DNA of 64,000 nucleotides from Ginglymostoma cirratum (lineage: Eukaryota): the NCBI GenBank assembly GCA_024137785.1, contig JAHRHZ010000221.1:62001-126000 (forward strand), written 5' to 3'. Made by a program: the position numbers and the translations under genes. Below are positions 23,185 through 36,480 of the stretch, piece by piece; the first letter of the stretch is position 1; every line of letters starts with the position of its first letter. Below the pieces are notes generated by a model. That model saw nothing but the letters and a program-made list of their open reading frames with translations, ran no database searches and had not been told where the DNA came from.

Positions 23185-24400
23185 AATAGACAAACGGGAG
23201 CCTGGAAGAACACAGCAGGCCAGGTAGCATCTGGAAGAAAGGAACAGTCAACATTTCGAGTGTTACCCTTCTTCAGGATTGGATGTGGGTGTAGGGGGAG
23301 CTGCAGATAAATGGCAGGGGGAAGGGGTGGAGGCGTTATGGTGGTGATAGGTGGTAGTAGGTACCACTGGTTAGTCGATGGGAGGGTGGCTGGAAGGGGG
23401 TGTCAGAAGGTGGAATGGAAGGGAGGAGGTGGGTCTGGGAGGGGAGGCAGGGGACAGGTGGCAAGGTTTTTGAAATTGGAGAACTCAATCTTGAGTCCTG
23501 CGGGCTGTAAGGTGCCCAGGCAGAAGATAAGGTGTCGTTCTTCAAATTTGCGTTCCGAGTTGCTGCGACATTGGAGGAGGCGGAGGACGGACATGTTGGA
23601 GGGGGAGTGGGACGGGGAGTTGAAATGGGCAGTGACCGGGAGGTTAGGTTGGCCATTATAGGTTAGGTAGAGATTTCAGAGAAATTGTAACCTAGTCTAA
23701 ATTTGGTCTCATCAATGTAGAGAAGACCACATCGGGAGCACCAGAGGACATGCAGGTGAAGCTCTTTCTCACTTGGAAGGGCTGTTTAGGTCCCTGAATG
23801 GAGGTGAGGGAGGTGGTGTATGGGCAGGCGTTGCATCTTTTATGGTTACAGAGGAAGGAACCAGGCAGGTTGGAGTGGTTGATGGAGAGTGTGGCGCGAA
23901 CTAAGGAGTGGCAAAGGGAATGGTCCTTGAGGAAGGCAGAGAGGGGTGGGGAGTGGAAGATGCTCCAGGTGGTGGGGTCTAATTGGAGTTGGCGGAGATG
24001 TTTGAGGATGATACGTTGGATGCAAGAGGCTGGTGGGGTGGAAAGTGAGGACAAGGGGGACTCTATCTTTATTATGTTTGGAGAGGGGTGTGGTGGTTAA
24101 GAGCTGTGGAGGGGGATATGGAGGAGGCGTGGTTGTGGGCTGTCTGGATGACAGAAGGGGGAAAAGAGCAATATTTGAAAAAAGCAGACATTGGGATGGG
24201 AGGAGATGTAGTCTAGGTAGCTGTGGGAGTCTGTGGGTTTATAGTAAATGTCAGTACATAAGCAGTCGCCAGAAACGGAAACGGAGAGGTCAAGAAAAGG
24301 GAGGGAGGTCTCTGAGATAGACCATTTGAGGTGGGTGGAAGTTGTTAGCTAAGGGAATTTCAACCCCCACTAACAACTTCCGACCCACGCTCAAATTCAC
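23185..24400 (-). mobile_element. Penelope-like retroelement (Neptune type): RT C-terminus, Zn-linker, GIY-YIG end, pseudo-LTR
   Basis: IQRIILKHLRQLQLDP..CNHKRCNACPY..FTC and RKFEERHLIFCLGTLQPAGLKIEF; hammerhead motif on the minus strand at 23247-23279. Confidence 0.85.
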
Positions 24401-26199
24401 GTGGCTCAAGTATGAATGAATTCCCCTGCAAACACACTCATTTGGATACATAACAGAACATACACAAAAATCAAGTTTTGGAGGAGATTCTTCAAAGTCC
24501 CTGTGAATTCTCTCAAAGCAGATTCAATTCAGGAACAGATATTGGTCCGGAATGTGGAATAAAATTTTCATGTTTGGGGAAGTCTCACCAGTCCAGTAAA
24601 TATGCCTAAAGCCCAGATATTGGGAAGTGAGGAATTGAGTGAGATTCCAGATTATACACACAACAGAATCAATTCAACGTTCTGAGGATAAATCATCACA
24701 TGACCATTGAGTGCGATTCAGTACGAAACCCATGTCACTCTGGTGAATAGATTCCAGATTTTGACAATAATTAGCAGATACATTGCATGTGGGAAGATGG
24801 GCCCAGTATCAAATGTTGGGCAATATTTCAATTTCCATATAGAAGAGAATTTGCTGAAAAGGATCACTGGGGAAATACAATCCAGGACAAGGTAATGGAC
24901 ATATACACTCTAGTAGAAAAGATTCCCAATTCTGTGAAATGGGAATTACTTCTCTGTGTTACTGTCACTGGTGGAATAGATTCCAAATCCAGATATGGGG
25001 ATAGGACCCACTGTCAAAGATGATGGAATTCCTCCGACAGACAGACAGTGGGGGAATACATAGCAGTATAGCATACTGTGGGAAATTCCCCATCTGAGAA
25101 ATTATGGGATACCCCACATATTAGGGAATACAATCCAGGAACAGTTATTGGGTGAATGCAGCTCAGGTCCAGAAAAGACAGATGATTCCCAGCATTAATG
25201 TAGCCATCAATTCCCACCCCACCGCTCCGACCCTCAAAGCATATGAATTGGGCGCACAGTACCCTCAAAAATCATATAAGAGGATTTACAGTCCCAGACA
25301 GGAGGTAAATCCACCTGTATAATGAATTCAGGAATGCATTCAAGAAGCTTATAATGGGAAAGATTTCCGAGTACGTTTCTGGCAGTGGTTCTCCAGCATA
25401 TTCCTTGTGATAATACACATCAACATTTAAAATTGGGAGAGATTCCTATTCAGACTATCAGGAAATCTTCCTTCACTCATTGGGAATTGACCTCATGATA
25501 ACCTTAGAGATCCCCTGGCCTACTTTGGAAGGATTGTCTCCACTGCACTTATTCTGAAAATACACCCTAGGTTAAGAAATTACGGAAGTAAGCTGGTGCA
25601 ACTGGGAAGAAGTCCTCACAATATACATCAATGGATTACACCCCAATGCCATATATTGGGGAATGTACCTCAGAATGAGGTAATATAGAGAAGCATCTAG
25701 ACAAGTACATGCATGAGATAGGTATGGAGGGATATGGACTAAATGTAGAGAAAAGGGACTAGTTTAATTGTGAAAACTGGGTGGCATGGGCAAGTTGGGT
25801 CAAAAGGCTTGTTTCCACACTGTAGACCTCTTTGACTTTATGACTGCATCTCAGGGACAGATATTGAACCATGCAACCCAAGTTCTGGAGGTTCCAGAAC
25901 CCAAGTGGAGGAGGTTCTCAGACGCACGGATAAATGAATTTCTAACCGAGCTGATTCCTTGAGGGAAGCAGACTGCAAAAACCAGTATATAGGAGAAGAA
26001 TCCCAGGTCCATGTAAAAGGAAATCTATTTTGTACAAAGAGGTGGAGAAATCACCCAAGGGCTACAACTGAAACTATGTTGGTTGGCTGGAGGACAGGGG
26101 TGGGTGGGAGAAGGCTTGAGGTTTCGGGGAGGGTGATGAAATTCGCAGTTCGATGAAAGAGCTAATTTCCCCAAATAGAGACATTGTGAAAATGGAGTA

Positions 26200-27500
26200 A
26201 ACGTGGTAAATGGTGAGTTGATGAGGAACCATCATTATGGATTCCCACAGGGAAAATCATGTTTAACTATCTTGCTGGAGGTTTTTGAAAAGGGAACCGA
26301 GAGGGTTGATGAGTTTAATGCTGTTAAGGTGGGGCACATGAACTTTCAGAAAGTGGTTCCTGCAAAGACACACAACAGACTTGCAAGGCAAGTTGTAAGT
26401 CATGCAATAACATTGTCAGTAACAACATCGATGCAAAATTGGCTGAGTATTCGGAAACAGAGAGCCACAATCAGTGGACATTTTTCACGCTGGAGGAAAG
26501 TTTGTTGTAGAGTCTTCCAGGACTCCGATTTTGGACATTCGCTTTACAAATATTGATGATCTCAATCTTGGTGCGGAGGGGGCAATTTCAAAGGTTGTAG
26601 ATGACATAAAACTTGAAAGAATTGCAAACTTTGAGCAGTACCGTGTAAAACTCAAAAAGGACACGGAAAAGTTGGTGGAGTGGGCAAATGGGTGGCAGGT
26701 GACTTTCAATGTAGAGAAGTGTAAGGTGATACATTTTGGTGGCAAGAATATTGAAAGACACCACAAAATAGGGAATGCAATTCTATGAGGATGCAGAAAC
26801 AGAGGAACCTTGGTGTATATGTGCAGTGAAGATTGAAAGTGCAGGACAGGTAGAAAGAGCAGTAAGGAGAGAAGACAGCATTCCTAGCTTCATTAATAGG
26901 GGCATAGAGTCCAAGATTAAGGTGGTAATATTCAATGTGTATAAGACACTTTGCAGGTCACAGCTGGAGAACTGCACACAGATCTGGGCACCACATTACA
27001 CGATGGATGTGAAAACATTGGAGAGAGTGCAGAATTGGTGTACAAGGATGGTTCCAGGGATGATAAACAATTATGAGGATATCTTCAGGAGACTGTTCTC
27101 CTTGGTGAGAAGAAAGTTAAGAGGAGATAAAACAGACCATTTCAAAATCACGAGTAAGCTCGACAGCATACATAGGGAGAACGTGTTCCAGCTCGTAAGA
27201 GGGACAAGAACAAGAAAAGTGCATAGACTTAAAGAGATCTACAAAACAAGCAAGAGCGAATTGAAGACAGGTTTTCTTTCACTCTGTGAGTTGTTAGGGA
27301 ATAGAATGCACTGGCTGGAAGTGTAGTGGAGGCAGGTTTAACTGAGGAATTCAAGAAAAGACATTGAATGACTACTTGAATAAATATAATGTGCATGGAT
27401 ATGGGAAAATCCAGGGGATTGGCACCAGGGAATGATGATCGTTTAGTGATCTGGTGCAGGCATGATGGGCTAAATGGCTTCCTTCTACACAGTGACATGT
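26200..27500 (+). mobile_element. CR1-type LINE RT fragment
   Basis: HYGFPQGKSCLT, VDDIKL, WQVTFNVEKCKVIHFG, YKTLCRSQLENCTQIWAPH; frameshifted. Confidence 0.9.
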
Positions 27501-27929
27501 CTTTGGAGCAATTCTTTCTCACTTTGCTCCACAGTTTTTTAAAGAATAAAAAGATATGGGCTTTCCAGGCTTCCACCCTGAAGACAATGAAATGTCATTT
27601 CATAAAATGACTTTTCTTTACAAAATCTGTGATATATGATAATGTAGTGCCCAGAACTGTACACAATGCTCCAGGTGAGGTCTAACCAGTGCATTCACAA
27701 GGAAATCTGCATGTTTTGAAAGCAGATAATTTGCTACCCAGTGTAAACCATATTTGTGTACCTGTGGGTTACAGCAATATGCAGATGAACTGGAGCCATG
27801 GACATATTTAGCAGTGAAGCTGACTGGCTTGTGGCTTAGTCACCAAGGTCCTCTGCCTGCCAACAGATATGTGATTGGTTATCAGGGAGCTGAACAGTTT
27901 GGGACTGTGAACACAACAGAGAGGGGAAG

Positions 27930-28135
27930 GAACAAAAACAGAAATTGCTGGAAAGGCTCAGCAGGTTTGGCAGCACCTGTGAAGAAAAAAAAATCAGAGT
28001 TAATGTTTCGGGTCAGGTGACCTTTCTCTGAGGAAGGGTCACCTGACCTGAAACACGAACTCTGATTTCTTTCTTCACAGATGCCGCCATACCTGCTGAG
28101 CTTTTCCAGCAACTTCTGTTTTTGTTCCTGATTTA
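27930..28135. repeat. Palindromic (head-to-head) Penelope-derived element
   Basis: About 95-bp inverted arms AACAAAAACAGAAATTGCTGGAAAGGCTCAGCAGG... and ...CCTGCTGAGCTTTTCCAGCAACTTCTGTTTTTGTT; related copies at about 46000-46200 and 53550-53830. Confidence 0.85.
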
Positions 28136-28199
28136 CAGTGTCTGCAGTTCTTTCAGATTTTAAGACAGAGAGAGGTTGGTTCAGATCAGGAGAGAAACT

Positions 28200-29525
28200 A
28201 CCAGGTCTGCAGCAGTCAGGAGTTCCTTCTCTCAGTTATGTGCAACAAATCACTGTAAATGTGAAGAAACCATCTTATCTTTCCTTCAGCAGTTGTTGCA
28301 GCAGTGATTTTTAGATGATAAGTCAGAGATCTTTTATAAGTGAACTGTTCAGTGCCCCTTACAAACCAGTGGAAGCATTCGGGAAAAGAAAAGCCGAAGA
28401 GAAGCCTTTGAATCAGCAAGAACCAACCCAAGAAATCTCATGAACAAAGACGATGGAATTGTTTCTCCAGTTTCTCCTCTGCCTATGTCTTCATTTTACC
28501 CCGTTTGTGTTTAAGTCTGCGTTTGTGTCTGTGAGTGTGAGGGGGGAGTTTATAAGGCGGTTTGGAGTTTTAATTAGTAGAGTTAAATGCTAACAGTTAT
28601 ATTGATTTATCTATGTCAAAAATCTAATTACCTGCAAGACGCAACGGTTATTGCTCATGACAGAAACCTGGTCTGTGCTTTCTATCAACCCTGGTCTGAA
28701 ATCAGGCAGTCTGGAGCTTTACTTTTGAAAACTTGAACTTTTGCAAAATTTCCAAGGATAGGGAATCTCACTACGCCAGTGAGTTGTCACAAAGTCTGGG
28801 GATTCTTAGCCGTGATTTGACTTGAAACTGAGGCAATGGGGGATTTGGGTACGGTGTTGGTTAAGGAAGACACCAGGTTCTGTGCCTGGTTTAAGACTTG
28901 GCACTGGCAATGGCAAAGTATTTCCTGCAGGTGGCAGACTTGACCCTGGTACTCTTCACGGTATTTTCAAAACCTGGTTGGTTGGCCTGGTGAATAAGGA
29001 CAAGACAAGAAAGGCATAATAATTCAAGTACTAGAATAGCGCTGAAATTTAGAAGAAATACAGAGGATGCTGAGTATTTCGTACATGAAACGTGGGAATC
29101 AGGACATATTCAGTTACAGTGGCTGGAGTATAAGGAAAGAATGAAGAAACGAGAGATGGCAGAAAAGGACAAAGAAAGAGCAGAGAAATATAAGAAAATG
29201 GAGATGGTGATGGAAATGAAAATACATTTCCCACTGCTGATGCTGCACCTGAGGCTGAAGGAATTCCAGAGTGTTATTGGATTAAAAGCAGAAGTTTGTT
29301 GACCAGACCTGCTGATGAAGAAGAGATGGTTGTTTATCGTCAAAGGTATAACCAGATATCATGAGGAGATATTGTCAGTAGCACATGGAGTTCAAATGGC
29401 ATAAAGGAATACAGACAGCACAGGTATCAACACTCAGGTATTTTACATGGCCAGGACTCCATAAATATGTACTGCAGTACGGTAAAACATGTCAGATATG
29501 TCACATAGTCAGAAAAGTCCACCAA
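28200..29525 (+). mobile_element. Highly decayed Gypsy LTR-element remnant
   Basis: LTR-like segment ending GTTGTCACA at about 28790; integrase zinc-finger remnant (LSVAH..YFTWPGLHKYVLQYGKTCQICH) at about 29370-29520. Confidence 0.55.
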
Positions 29526-30428
29526 TAGAACAAAGAACAAAGAATAAACAAAATTACAGCACAGGAACAGGCCCTCCGGCCCTCCGAGCCTGCACCGATC
29601 CGGATCCTCTATCTAAACCTGTCATCTATTTTCTAAGGGTCTGTATCCCTTTGCTCCCTGTCCATCCATGTAGCTGTCCAGATACATCTTAAAAGACACT
29701 AACGTGTCTGCGTCTACCACCTCTGCTGGCAACATGTTCCAGGCACCCACTGCCCTCAGCGTAAAGAATTTTCCACACGTATCTCCCGTAAATTTTCCTC
29801 CTCTCACTTTGAACTCATGACCCCTAGTAATTGAGTCCCCCACACTGGGAAAAAGCTTCTTGCTATCCTCTTTGTCTATACCCCTCATGATTTTGTAGAC
29901 CTCAATCAGGTCCCCCCTCAATCTCCGTCTTTCTAATGAAAATAATCCTAGTCTACTTAACCTTTCTTCATAGCTAGCGCCCTCCATACCAGGCAACATC
30001 CTGGTGAACCTCCTCTGCACCCATTCCAAAGCATCCACATCCTTTTGGGAATGTGGCGACCAGAACTGAACGCAGTACCCTAAATGTGGCCGAACCAAAG
30101 TCTTATACAACTATAACATGACCTGCCAACTCTTGTACTCAATACCTCGTCCGATGAAGAAAAGCATGCCGTATGCCTTCTTGACCACTCTATCGACTTG
30201 CGTTGCCACCTTGAGGGAACAGTGGACCTGAACACCCAGATCTCTCTGTGCATCAATTTTCCCCAGGACTTTTCCATTTACTGTACAGTTTGCTCTTGAA
30301 TTAGATCTTCCAAAATGTATCACCTCGCACTTGCCCGGATTGAACGCCATCTGCCATTTATCTGCGCAACTCTCCAATCTATTTATATTCTGCTGTAATC
30401 TCTGACAGTCCCCTTCACTATCTGCTAT
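29526..30428 (-). mobile_element. CR1-type LINE 3' portion, relatively young
   Basis: ADKWQMAFNPGKCEVIHFG, YKTLVRPHLGYCVQFWSP, LGLFSLERRRLRGDLIEVYKI; (AGAACAA)n tail. Confidence 0.93.
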
Positions 30429-30429
30429 T

Positions 30430-32817
30430 AAAATACTTTTATGGCGTAAATTTGTCGGGGTAACAGATCAAAAACTTCTGCTAGAGCCACTCAAAAAGGA
30501 AAAGGCCATGCCACCCACAGCTTCAGGTTGAATTCTGGGGTGGGCTCTCATTCTAAGTGCATACATTTACAAGTTGGAACAACATCTGGGATGCCAAGTA
30601 GAAAATGTGGATGCCTTGAGCTGCCTTCTGCTGGCAGATATGCCACTGGTGGCGCCACCACTGGAAGATTCCGTTCTGGTTTTAAACTTTCTGGTCACCC
30701 TTCAGGTTACCACTGACAATATCAGACTGTGGATGTAAAAACATCTCGACTTGGCAGAACTAAAACAGCTAATGGTGACTGGGGAAACAAAAGGGTCATT
30801 ACAAACAGAAGTGAAACCTTTTTGGACCCACTAAGACTAGATCACCATGGAGGACGGTGTTTTATTATGTGAAGCAACAGTGACTGTCCCGAGCAAAGGT
30901 TGTGCCAGATGGAGCTGAGCTTCACCAAGGTAATCCAGAAGTGTCCAAAATGAAGGTGTTGGTGAGAAGTTATATCTGCTGACCAGGATTGATTGCAGAC
31001 ATAACTGAATTGGTTAGGCATTGCTCAGAGTGCCAACAGGACAAAGTTTACCCCCAGCAGCTCCCCACATTCTTGGAAATGGCCGTGTAAATCCTGGTTA
31101 CATGTTGACTGTGCTGGCCCTTTCATGGGCTCAATGTTCTTAGTCATTGCGGAGGCCCACTCGAAGTGGCCGGACATGAATCAGGTTCATTCCTCAAACA
31201 CAGGGATGAAGATAGAAAAGATGAGAGCATCTTTTGCAATACATGCGCTGAAAGAAGTGTTGGTCACAGACAATAAGCCATCATTTACAGTGAGGAATCT
31301 GAATATTTCCAGAGGTCAGATGGCATTAGGCAAATAAGGACAGCTCCACACTATCCATAGTCCAACAGTGTCCTGGAAAGAGCAGTCCAAACTTTAAAGG
31401 CAGGCTTAAAGTAACAACCCACAGCTTCACTCAATACCAAACAGTCCCGGTTCCTGTTTGATTATCAGATCACCCCTCATGCAATTGCAGGAATAACTAC
31501 AGCCGAGTTGCTAATGGGAGAAGACTCCACCCTTAGTTAAATCAGATGTTTCCGGACCTGTGGGGGAGGGTGAAACAGCATTAGGAATGCCAGTATCAAG
31601 TGCCAGACTCCGCTAAAAGAGACAGTTTACTACAGGGGATGAAGTTCTGTGCAGGAGCCACATGGACAGGACCAGAAACGTATAAAGTTTAGGTGAAACT
31701 ACGGTGAAACACGCTCAAATTGGCACCAAAATGGGAGAATTACGCCAAACGACAGAGCGCAACTCGCGAACAACTCTACTTCCAACATAGATACCTCAGG
31801 AATCAGGTATTAACATGCAGTGTGAGATACAAACCACCCACCAATAACCCATAAGCCTGCAAAACAGCAGAACAAAACGGCCGTAGGATCGTAAAGGCAA
31901 CGATAAACGACGCGCACAACCGGCTCTACAGATACAACAGAGAAATTACGCGCCAAAAGACTTTATTCCTGGAAGCTACCAACCAGGACTGGACCACGGA
32001 CCTGGAACAAGCCATCAACATCAGCCAACAGACCACAAGAGCCAAGAAAAGACAGGCTTTTCAGGACGGAAGTGAGGTAAGCCAGCTCAACAGACTCCAG
32101 AGTTTAAAAACCATGCCGGAAAACACAACAACACTTCATCGGAGGCTGCACTGATGATGTTACTCAGCTGGGTAATGAAACATCTGCAGAACAACAAGAA
32201 ACCAGCTCAGCGAGCCAACTAACCTCAAAGTTCAGGTAGGAGTGACGGTCCTGAATACACTTGTGGACCATATGAAAGCCACAAATTTCCCAAGCAAAGT
32301 CAGGAAGGCTGTCAGAACTCTTAGGTTTTCCCTCTCCGTCAAGTATTTAAGGGACCTCAGAATCTGAGATGAACACGGCTGACGCCTTTGGACACGGCAT
32401 TGACGCCTTTGCTACCAGAATAAGACAGAGAATTTCTCTCAAGGGTCTCTGGGCAAAAAGGTGAGACCCTGTGCATTATGTACGGTGCCTGTATCTGACA
32501 CTGAGGAACATAACCTGGTGCTAAAACGCCCAAGGTGGCATGACCAAAGAAAGGACTGGCCTGTGGCCTCGGATTCAGAGGGGAAAGAATGCAATGATTG
32601 TAATGAGGTCAGCCAGGTGATCATCGTAGAATATATGCTCCCTGTTTGGGGATGTTAATCTGGTTCAATCAGGAAGACCTGGCTGACAGATAAAAAACTC
32701 GAGTGTCAGACATTCTGAGAGCTGGCTCTGAGGGAGCTGGATCAGTGTCAAGGACCTTCCACATGTAAATAAAGCATGATCTGGTGCCAGGATACCGGCC
32801 TCTGTGGAGTTATTTCA
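30430..32817 (+). mobile_element. Gypsy LTR retrotransposon remnant: RNase H end, integrase, PPT and 3' LTR
   Basis: GWALILSAY..NVDALSCL; HVDCAGPFMGSMFLVIAEAHSKWP; polypurine tract AGAGGGGAAAGAA 32577-32589; LTR TG..CA 32590-32817 containing AATAAA. Confidence 0.88.
31695..32226 (+). mobile_element. Internally deleted Penelope-like element inserted in the Gypsy element
   Basis: N-terminal PLE-like peptide (..REQLYFQHRYLRNQVL..KATINDAHNRL..), hammerhead motif 32146-32189, flanking AAAGTT(T/C)AGGT at 31684-31694 and 32227-32237. Confidence 0.75.
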
Positions 32818-35800
32818 GTCCAGGTTCTTGTTGCATTTGGATATGTACTGCTTCAGGATCTGAGGAGTCGCGAATGGTGCTGAACATTGATTGCAATTAT
32901 CAGCGATCATCCCCACTTCTGATCTTACGATGGAGGGAAGTTCATTGATGAAGCAGCTGAAGGTGGTTAGGCCGAGGACACTACCCCAATGAAATCCTGC
33001 AGAGATGTCCTGGAGCTGAGATGACTGACCTCCAACAATCGCAACCATCTTCCTTTATGCCAGGTATGATTCCAACCAGTGGAGAGTTTGCCCCTAATTC
33101 CCACTGATACCAATTTTGCTAGTGGCGGGGCGGGGCGGTGTCTTGATGCCACACATGGTCAAATGCAGCCTTGATGTCAATGGCTGTCACATTCCCCTTA
33201 CTTCTGGAATTCTGCTTTTTGGTCTACGATTGAAATAAGGCACGAATGAGGTCAGGATTTGAATAGCCCGGGCAAAACCCAAACTGGGCGTCACTGAGCA
33301 GGTTATTGCTATGCGGGTGCCGTTTAACAGCATTATTGATGACACCCTCCATCACTTTATTGATGATCGAGAGCAGAATATTGGGGCGGTATTTGGGTGG
33401 ATTGGATTTGACCCGGCTTTGTGTGCACAGGACATACTTGGGAAAATCTCCATATTGTTGGGTAGATGTCAGTGTTGTAAATGTACTGGAAGAACTTGGC
33501 TCGGGAAGTGGCAGGTTCCAGAGCACAAGTCTTCAGTGCATCTCCTGCCGTTTACCCATATCCCTGTGTGCCATTTCTATCCATTTTTCAATTACATTCA
33601 TGAGAGAAACATTCTCATAAACTAAAAGACTGTAATATGTCCCAAAACCATATAGAGGAAAGATGTCTTTTGTTTTATTCAGCTGTGGGATATGGGCGTC
33701 ACTGGCTAGACAGCATTTATTGCCCATCCCAAGTTGCCCTTGAGAAGGTGTTGGTGAGCTGCCTGCTTGAACCGCTGCAGTCCACCTGCTGTGCGTTGAT
33801 CTACAATGCCATTAGGGAGGGAATTCCAGGATTTTGACCCAGCGACAGTGAAGGAATGGCGATATATTTCCAAGTCAGGATGTGAGCAGCTTGGTGGGGA
33901 ACTATATCTACTGCCCTTGTCCTTCTAGATGGAAGTGGTTGTGGGTTTGGAAGGTGCTGTCTGAGGTGAATTTCTGCTGAGCATCTTGTTGATGGTATAC
34001 CCTGCTGCTACGTCGGTAGCAGCTGAGCGTCGCTGGTGGAGGGAGTGGATGCTTGTGGATATATTGCCAACCAAATGGGCTTTGCCTGGATGGTGTCGAG
34101 CGTCTTAAGTATTGTTGGGGCTACACTGATCCAGATAAGTGGAGAGTATTCCATCATAGTTCTGACTTATGCCTTGTAGATAATGGACAGGCTTTAAGGA
34201 GTCAGGAGGTGAGTTACTCACCAGAGTATTCCTAGCTTCTGACTGCTCTTCTAGCCACTGTGTTTATGTGGTGAGTCCAGCTGACTCAATTGTAACCCAC
34301 AGGATGTTGACAGTGGGGCATTCAGTGATGGTAACACCGTTGAATGCCAAAGGGTAGTGGTTAGATTGTCTCTTATTGGTGGTGGTCATAGCCTGGCATT
34401 TGTGTGGCACGAATGTTGTTTGCTACTTGTCAGCCCAAGCCTGGATACTGGCCAGATCTTGTTGCATTTTAACATAAACTGCTTCAGTATTCGAGGAGTT
34501 GTGAATGAAGCTGGACAATGTGCAATGATTGATGAACACCCACACTTCTGCCCTCATGATGGAGGGAAGTTCATTGATGAAGCAGCTGAAGATGTTTAGG
34601 CCTAGGACACTAGCCTGAGGAACTCCTGCAGAGATGTCCTGGAGCTGAGGTGATTGATCTCCAACAACCACGACCATCTTCTTACATGTCAGGTATTACT
34701 TCAACCACCGGAGAGTTTGCCCCCTGAGACTCATTGATTCCAATTTTTCTAGGGCCACAGGCGGTTGAATGCAGCCTTGATGTCAAGGGCTGTCACTCTA
34801 GACTCCCCTGTGGAATTCAGCTCTTTTGTCCATGTTTGAACCAAGGCTGTAATGTTGTCAGGAGGTGAGTGGCCCTGGCGGAACCCAAATTGGGCATCAC
34901 TGAGAAGGTTATTGCTGAGCAGGTTATTGCTGAGCAGGTGCTGCTTGATAGCACTGTTGATGACGTTTTCGATCAATTTACTGATGATCGAGAGCAGGCT
35001 GACGGGGCAGTAATTGGCCAGGTTGGATTTGTCCTGCTTTATATGTACAGGACATAGTAGGGCGATTTTCAACATTTCTGGGTAGATACCAATGTTGTAA
35101 CGGTACTGGAACAACTTAGCTTGGGGAGTGGCAAGTTCTGGAGCACAAGTCTTCAGTACTATTGCCGGAATGTTGTCAGGGCCCATAACCTTTGCAGTAT
35201 CCAGTTTCTCCAACCATTTCTTGAAATTATGTGGAGTTAATTGGATTGGCTGAAGACTGGTATTTGTAATGCTGGGGAACACTGGAGAAGACTGGATCGA
35301 TCATCCATTTGGCACTTCTGGCTGAAGATTGTTGCAAAAGCTTCAGCCTTATCTTTTGCATTGACATGCTGGGCCTTTCCATCTTGAGGATTGGAATATA
35401 TATGGTGCCTTTACCTCCTGTGAGTTGTTTAATTGTCCACCACCATTCACGACTGGATGTGGCAGGACAGCAGAGCTTAGGTCTGATCTGTTGGTTATGG
35501 CATCACTTGCTGTTTATGCTCAAGTAGTCCTGACTGGTGGCTTCACCAGGTTAATACATCATCTTCGGTTATGCCTGCTGCTGCTCCTGGCGTACCTTCC
35601 TGCACTCTTCATTGAATCAGGGTTGATCCCCCGGCTTGATGGTAATGGTTGAGTGGGGGATATGCTGGGCCATGAGGTTACAGATTGTGCTGGAATACAG
35701 ACCTGCTGATGTTGATGGTGTACAGTGCCTCATGGGTGGCCAGTCTTGATTTGCAAATACGTGCAAAGTCTGTCCCATTTATGATGGTGATAGTGCCACA

Positions 35801-36480
35801 CAACACAATGGAGGTGATTCTCAATGTGAAGGCGGGACATCATCTCCACAAGGACTGTGCAATGGTCACTCTTACCGATACTGTCATGGACAGATTCATC
35901 TGCAGCTAGCAGATTAGTAAGATCCAGTCTAGCAGCTATGTCCTTTAGGACCCGACCAGCCTGATCTGTAGAACTGCAGCCAAGCCACTCTTGGCGGTGG
36001 ACAGTGAAATAACCCACCCTTGTATATTGTGTGTCCTTGCTGTCCTCAGCGCTGCCTCCAAGTGTTGTTCAACATTGAGGATAACCGATTCATCAGCTGA
36101 GGGACGATGGTATGCGGTAATCAGCAGGAAGTTTCCTTGCCCACCTTTAACCTGAAGCCATGAGACCTCAGGGGCTCCAGAGTCAATTTTGAGCAGTCCC
36201 AGAGCAACTCAGTCCTGACTGTATACCACTTTACACTCACCTCTGCTTGTTCTGTCATGTCGGAGAGACAGGACAGATCGCGGGATTGTGAGAGTAGTGT
36301 CTAGGACATTGCCTGTAAGGTTGATTCCATGAGTACAGCTTAACTAGGCTATGAGACAGCTATCCCAACTTTGGCAAGAGCCCCCAGATGTTAGTGAGGG
36401 TGGACAGGTTGTTTCCACTGCTGTCTCTTCCGGTGCCTAGGTTGATGCCAGGTGATCTGTGCAGTTTCATTTCTTTGACT
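32818..36480 (-). mobile_element. Non-LTR retrotransposon (CR1/L2-group LINE), two decayed copies
   Basis: RT motifs KLDTAKVMGPDNIP..NYCPVSLLSIISK..QFGFRQGHS..ALDIKAAF, GVPQASVLG; endonuclease-region remnant at about 35700-36300. Confidence 0.88.

Noticed and set aside
24400-26050. CRISPR-like array or classical Ig switch region
   Set aside because: Eukaryotic DNA with no identical repeats and unique spacers; it lies 3' of the gene and is not AGCT/GGG-pentamer rich like tetrapod S regions.
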